64,000 bases of DNA. Origin: Podarcis muralis. Its lineage: Eukaryota. The DNA lies in NCBI RefSeq assembly GCF_964188315.1, contig NC_135668.1, forward strand, positions 22,754,001 through 22,818,000, in the 5' to 3' direction. Positions 57,358 through 64,000 of the stretch are shown here, one piece after another. The position numbers and the translations under genes are program-made. The notes under the pieces were generated by a model. It was not told where the DNA came from, ran no database searches, and worked only from the letters and a program-made list of their open reading frames with translations. Every line of letters starts with the position of its first letter. The first letter of the stretch is position 1.

Positions 57358-59260
57358 TCTGCTCTAGAATTCACTCAACTATCTCCTGCAGTGATGCAGT
57401 GGCTAGTTGTCTTCCAAGGAAGTTTATCTGCTACTGCTCTTTCTGCTGAGTTACCCTTGCTCAGTTTTTGAGGCACACACAGTTCCCCAGTTTCACAATT
57501 TGGGAATAGTGAACAGTTTCACTATTTGAAAACTGCACTCCTGGTGCCCAGCCTGCCTAAGCTGCTGTTTCTATCGCCGGAACTTCGATGTGCCTTGGGT
57601 GCTTTTCTGAAATGCTTTGCCACTGGCATCGAAGAGAAAGAAAAAAGCCCAGAGACGTGTCACTTTTCCAGCACATGTTTCCAGCGATCAGTGATAGATG
57701 GCCCAGCCACCCGTCAGCCCGTCGAAAGGGTTGCCACCTGTTGTGGGAAACAAAAGCAGGCCCTGCTAATCTGCATATCTGTGCGTGCTAATTGACGTGA
57801 TGTGGGAAGCGTGCCAAAATGCCAGGGCTGCTTCCTAACAGCAATCCAAACAAATGAGGTAGCAGATGTGACCGGTGAGTCTGAAGCAGCCCAGGCGGCC
57901 AATATTCTGCTCAGTATTCCGCTCTTTCCTCCTGGTGGTCCTGTCAGGTGGTACGGAGGTGGCTCCAAAATGAAGCACCACAGCACAACTACCTTTGCAA
58001 AAAAAACATGTATTGTGCTCTGCGGCATCTGATGGCAGAGTGGTTTCTTCTTTGCATTAATTAGCCAGCATTGACTATGCAGCAAAGTGGGCACAGTATC
58101 TCTGCTGTTCTCCCTTGAACAAAACGATCCACACACAGGCAATTCTACACTTTTTCAATTCTTCAAAAAGAAGCAAAACAAACAGAACCCACACCAAACT
58201 TCAGCCTGCAACCCGCCTGCCCAGAACGAGTTTACACTTCTGCTGTACCTTCGAATGGTGCACAACTGAATCTAGAACAATATCCACTCTTGAAAGAGGA
58301 AAGTCGTCGAGAGAAGCTGAAAGGACAGTAGAGAATGTGCCTGCCTGATATGTAGCAGAATAAAGTTTCAAGGGGTCAGTGCCACCCCACTGCTGAAGGG
58401 ACCTCCATATGCTATGGCCTCATCAGAAAGTCCTTTCCTGAAGAGCTCAGTGATCATCTGAGCATATAGGAGCTAAGACTATCTTTTAGGTATATATTTT
58501 AGAAATATCAAAAACACCCACGCTTGTTTTATTTACATTTTTAATACCACCCTTTCTCCGAAGAACTCAGGGTAGCTGTCTTAAAATGCACACTCAAAAG
58601 AGGTAGAGGCTGAAGGTACAGTTAGGCTTGTCTTTCCCCCCCTCTCTTGTCTTGTAAGTTTCCCTCCCACAATCCTTTGGGGATTTCATTGATCTCCTCT
58701 GGCCATCGCACTCATGTTTCTTTGGCTCCTCTCCTGCCCTTGTGGTTTCGCATTTACTTGGCTTCTTAAACAATGAAACCGAGCGGAGAAAAAGAGCCCT
58801 GCCTGCACACAGTAACTGATGGTGTCCGTCCGCGCAGACAGGGATGGCTTATGAATACTAACGAACCCAACAAGGTAGCATTGATGGCTTCTCAGCACTC
58901 GTTCCTAGAAAGCCCGTCTGCGAGCCAGAGCTCTGAGACAGACCCTCTTGTGCTGCCCTCTCAGTTCCACAAAAGCTTCCCTCCTTTCTCTTTTTCACTG
59001 GGCAAGGAAGTGGAAACACAAAATGCTCTGGAGGCCTACTGTAGAGGGTATCATCTGTTTATACAACTGGGTGGGGGGCAGAAAACAACAGACCAGGAGC
59101 CCAAATCTCTATCTAGCCCTCAGGAATCTCTGCAGGCCATGCCCTTCCCCATCAGTGGCACGTAGGGTTGCCAGATCTCCAGGGCTAGATCTTCCAGAGA
59201 TGCTTGAATCTCTGTTTTATGTTGGGGATGGGGGACCCTGTGGTGCCCTCCGTATGTAGT

Positions 59261-59336
59261 TGGACGTGGGTGGTGCTGTGGTCTAAACTACTGAGCCTCT
59301 TGGGCTTGCCGATTGGAAGGTCGGCGGTTCGAATCT
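59261..59336 (+). mobile_element. Sauria SINE 5' head fragment in a chimeric junction
   Basis: ggacgtgggtggtgctgtggtctaaac...ggtcggcggttcgaatc, which stops abruptly. Confidence 0.75.
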
Positions 59337-60098
59337 ATATCGAATCTATTAAACATTAAAAGCTTCCCTAAACAGGGCTGCCTTCAGATTCCCAGCACCC
59401 TTAGCAAACCTCAGTACCCAGAATTCTTTGATGGGGGAAATGTGCTTCAACTGCACAGTGTATGCATGCAGCCAATATCTGAGGACAGGTAAAATTTTGT
59501 GCATTTGATTTAGGGCGGGGGAGGCAGAGAATTGGAAGTGGATACTTGTATCGTAAATTGCTCCCTCAAATGTAGATCAAATGACTCACGAAAGCCAGTT
59601 CCTGGTTGACTCAGCAGAAGGGCAGACATTTAGGAGCTAGCTTGAAACAAAGCTCTTATGTTTCTCCAGCTGTTCAATGAAGCGTTTGTTCTTCATTGGA
59701 CTTCCCCTTGAAGGCCACACGCAGGACTCCAGATTTAGGCCAGCTTGCGTGAACCTCGAGATAATGTAGGTATGGGATCCCAGAGAGTTCTATTACAATA
59801 CTTACCAGGTCATTTGAAGGAGTTTTGCAGCATTATAAAGTTGCCCAGGTCTTAAACTCAGCCTTAATGGGTACTAGAGACGGGGCCTATTCTATGGTAT
59901 CCCCAATCCATATTTTAGGTGTGTTCGAGTTCACCAGGGTTTCAAGCACGTCCAGTCCAGAGCTTACACAAAATTCCAAAAAAAACCAGGCCCCGAGGCA
60001 ACTGAGAAGATGCATGGTGGACTTTTCTAGTACCTAATGGTTGTTTGAGTTTGTAGTAAATAAATAGTTTCGGTCCCAAACCTTAGTGCGAAGTGTAC

Positions 60099-60131
<33 letters not shown>

Positions 60132-61878
60132 AGCTGCTCTGTATTGATTTAACTGCAGCTGTTTTAATACAATAATAACTTTGATTGTGGTTTTATTGCT
60201 TTGTGATTATTCAGAGAGCACTAACCTTTTGGGACCAGTTTTCACATCTGGAATTTTGAGTTAAGTGATATGGGTGTCAGTCATGAAATGGCTGTCTGGG
60301 GATGTGACATAGCACAAAATGGCCACCACACCCAAAAGGGCAGAGAAAGAGACAGATCCCCCATCATGCACCCCAACATTGGGGAGGGGGGGGGAATTAA
60401 GGCAAATATAGGTTTCAAAACTCACACAGAGATGGGATAACAGAACCTGGGTAAAAGCCAGGCTGCTGCACAGTGGATCCCAGAATATTTCTCTAGAAGC
60501 ATAATTTTAAAGGTTTAAAGATCTTTCAAAGATGCAGCCTGGTGTATCTTCAACCACAAGAGGTCTCAAAGCAATACTAGCACACCTTGTGCTCACTAGA
60601 TGTTGTTGGACTACACATCCCATCATCCTTGACCATTGGCAATGCTATCTGGGACTGATGGGAGTTGGAGTCCCACAACATTTAGAGGCCTGCAAGATAG
60701 TCATTCCTATGATGCAAGGATATTAGGACCTAGAGTAGGCAGGATGCCCTCCTGGCTCCCAATACTGTTGAACTCCAACTCCCATCAGCCCCAGCCAGAA
60801 TGGCCAGTGTTCAGGGATGATGGGAATTGTAGTCCAACAACAGCAGCATGGCACCACAATGGCCATTCGTGGTATAGAAAGTGCCAGAGCATTGGGAAAA
60901 ACCAATTCCGGGAGCATGGGAACAGAGAGCAGTGTCTCAGAAAGAAGACTCCATCTCATGACCTAAGTGAAGTTTGTAAATCAGCCTCTCATCTGGAGGG
61001 AAGATTTACTGGAAATTAGTCAGAGAAGCTTTTTGCACAGCAGTTCTTTTGCAATATTAGGCTGCATTAAAAGCAGGGGCTTAGAGATTACGACAGAGTC
61101 CTTTATCATTGCAGCAACATTGCTTTTTGTAATTAGCTGGAATCAATTTATGCTTTCCACAGTGCACTTAATTTAGCACTATGTTATTCAGCAATGCACT
61201 TTCCCGTGACAAAAACCCTTATATAATGCTTACACACAAAACTAAATCCCATTCCACAATGGTCTTTTCCAATATTAATTAAAAGTTTCCTGTTTGCAAG
61301 TCTTGCCTGTTTTATTGGTTCCTGTTGAGTGTGGCTAGGGCATTAGTAATTACTATCCTCTTCATTGCTCCTTAAAAAGCTTGTCTTAAGCATGGGATGG
61401 ATGAAAGAGACATTAATGACTGGTTTCCTTGGGTTTAATTACTGGTTACACTAATCCCCCAGCCACAGTCAGCAGGAAGCAATGAAACAGGCAGGATCTG
61501 AAAACAGGAAACTTTTATTTAAAGGCACAGTAATAATGAAAAGTCTCAGTAATGTTTTATCTGTTCAATATGGTTCTACAGCTGTGTTTTATTTTACCCT
61601 TCCCCCAGTAACAAGTATAGTCTGAAAAAATCTGGTAGGACCGCAACAATTTGACAACAATATCACCTGTGTTGTTGTTTTTTTAACAAAAACAAATGAA
61701 GAAAGGCTCAAAATTCAAGAAAAGTGGTTATGAGGAATCAAAATTTTCAAAAACGAAAGGGGCCTCAAGAGCAATATATTGGAATCCAATGTTTTTTTTT
61801 TTAAATGATAAGACTTTTCCTCAGTGGCAATTGGCTTAAGCCAAAGAGATAGACACCTATGATCAAATTTCCCATCTA

Positions 61879-62119
61879 CAGTGGTACCTTGGGTTAAGTA
61901 CTTAATTCGTTCTGGAGGTCCGTTCTTAACCTGAAGGTGTTCTTAACCTGAAGCACCACTTAGCTAATGGGGCTTCCCACCGCCGCTGCGCTGCTGGAGC
62001 ACGATTTCTGTTCTCATCCTGAAGCAAAGTTCTTAACCTGAGGTAATATTTCTGGGTTAGCAGAGTCTGTAACCTGAAGTGTATGTAACCTGAAGCATAT
62101 GTAACCCGAGGTACCACTG
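61879..62119 (-). mobile_element. Tc1/mariner MITE, main family
   Basis: TA TSD on both sides. Confidence 0.9.
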
Positions 62120-62913
62120 TATTTCCATTTTGGCAAAACGCAAACTGAGCGCTTCAAACTGTGCTTGGAAATGCACCAGACATCTCTAAAGTTCTTTGCA
62201 TACTGGTGGCAAGATATGTTGCCACTGGCACTGACTGGTCCCAGTCACAAAGTGACTGACATATCTGAGCTGAAGGGTCATAGCTCAATGGCAGAACGTG
62301 TGTGTCTCGTGACATAAAAGCCACTGGCAGAAGAAGTTTAGCATTCATTTCCATGTTACTTGCTTCCAGGGAAAATCTGTTTGCAACCCCAGTAACCCGG
62401 AAAATCACAAGAGTTTTGTGCCGTAACTTTCCCATGGTTTTCACAGATCATGCTGCCGCCACTCACCTGTCAAAATTTGGGACGGTATTCTGGCATACAT
62501 TTCTTTCCCACCATTTTCATGGGCAAATTCTAGGATAGCAGAAACATGCATGCATGCACATAATGGGTGGTGACATGCCCAATGATGTCCGCTGTTATGG
62601 GAAATTGCATTCATGGGTGTGAATGGAATTAAGTGCAACATGGTGTCATAGATCGATCAAACGTTTAGAATTGCCCAAGAAAAATGTTAAATTATTTTTT
62701 GTATGTGAAATATACTCAGAGTCTAGAGTGGATTTCATGCTCTTTATTCAGCTCATAGTGGTGAGGAGGAATGAATATTTCCCCAAAGTATCTGCTTTAT
62801 ATACATTATTTACACAATGGGCTGCACGTGATTGGCTAATTCCGGAATTCTCCTGTAAGCCAATCAGGTTGTGGATTCACTTCCATCTGGACCTGGATTG
62901 GGTGGCACCTGCA

Positions 62914-63030
62914 GACCAATCATACTGCTGCATTGTTCTAAGACCAATCAGACTGCTGCATTCTGAATCCTATTGTTCTAGGGACCAATCAGACTGCTGC
63001 ATTTTGAATCCTATTCAACTCAGTACATAA
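62914..63030 (+). repeat. Three dispersed copies of a 21-bp CCAAT-containing unit
   Basis: gaccaatca(t/g)actgctgcatt at 62914, 62942 and 62983. Confidence 0.9.
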
Positions 63031-63033
63031 TAG

Positions 63034-63515
63034 TATGCCACAACTGCTGCTCGAATTTTACTAGCTAAGAATTGGAAAGCACAAGAAATTCCAACAGTGG
63101 AAGACTGGCAGATGAAGATGATGGACTTTTTGGAGCTAGCTGACCTGACCGGAAGAGTCCGTGATCAGAAGGAGGAGGGCTACCAGGAAGAATGGACGAA
63201 ATTTAATGACTATTTAGCTAAATATGTTAAGTTAAATTAATTGGAAAAGCTTGCAAATACCAGATAGGTTTAGGATTTAAATATGTGACGTGATAAATTA
63301 ATATGATGAAATTGAGAGTAGGAAAGAAAGAAAGATGTTAAGTGATTAAGTTAATTTTATGAGAATACAGGTTTTGGAAAACTGATAAAATGATATACAC
63401 TGAAATTCAACCAAGGGGATACGAGGAAGTCGCTTAACAATGTTAATAAGATTGGTTTTAATAAGGTTAGGATTTACGTTTGTTTATTTGTTTGTGTGTT
63501 TAAAATTTGTGGAAA
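63034..63515 (+). mobile_element. L1-clade LINE 3' end (second subfamily)
   Basis: Translates YATTAARILLAKNWKAQEIPTVEDWQMKMMDFLELADLTGRVRDQ...EEWTKFNDYL, homologous to the peptide at 35803. Confidence 0.8.
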
Positions 63516-64000
63516 ACTAATACTTTTTTTGGGGGGGGGAAACAAAACAAACGCTACCATTCCATAATGCAACAGGAAATGCAGTGTAAAAAGGAATGTT
63601 AGGACCTGGGACAAAGTGATAGCATTATAACTTGGAAAACAAATGTAGCAACTCCCAGATCTCTATGCACCAACAGGCTAAAGGGTGGGGTAAGGAAAAT
63701 AAACCCATTAAATCCATATTCCTAACTTCATCAGTGGCTGTGAAAAAGTAGCTCCTGCAAAGTGACAGGCATATGGAAACACAACATTACAGCTTCTATA
63801 GTTATTTTATAGTGCTGACAGTAAAGGTATTTGACCCCAAAATGTTGAACAATACTTCACTGTTTCACCAGCAAACAGACTACAATATATAAATTATATA
63901 TATTTTTATAAGCTGCAGGTGCTGCATAATTTGCTTTGAACATATTCTCTTAGTATTTGATGGTATAATTAAAAATAACTACTTAATTTACCAATTACCA

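Noticed and set aside
47750-64000. Exons of the expected syntenic neighbour (LRRK1 lies 3' of CHSY1 in human)
   Set aside because: No recognisable coding similarity. Short exons below the ORF threshold cannot be excluded without a TBLASTN search.

Overview
Vertebrate genomic DNA, almost certainly a squamate and probably a lacertid lizard (inferred from the Sauria/Squam SINEs, BovB, CR1, L2 and Tc1/mariner MITEs). The only host protein-coding sequence I can support is the large terminal coding exon of CHSY1 (chondroitin sulfate synthase 1; + strand, 44625-46217), followed by a ~1.5 kb 3' UTR with AATAAA at 47704. Bases 1-44624 are the long upstream intron: no ORF resembles the preceding CHSY1 exon. 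Bases ~47750-64000 look intergenic. The non-coding DNA is dense in mobile elements: 8 near-complete Sauria SINEs of two subfamilies (several with clear TSDs), tRNA-Ala, tRNA-Ile and CORE-type SINEs, CR1, L2, L1, BovB and Rex1/Babar LINE 3' ends, TA-flanked Tc1/mariner MITEs, palindromic hAT-like MITEs, three LTR-like elements, microsatellites and one 131-N gap. I found no convincing novel multi-gene system. The best second-look items are an 88-bp foldback inverted duplication later interrupted by a SINE, an uninterrupted Rex1/Babar RT ORF, covarying L2 3' stem-loops, an E-box+ETS module carried by the Sauria SINE, a SINE with a complete tRNA-Ile(GAT) head, a CCAAT-box cluster, and several candidate cis-regulatory sites. 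Repeat family names come from recall of consensus sequences, not a database search. Coordinates were counted by hand, and those of degraded repeats are approximate.
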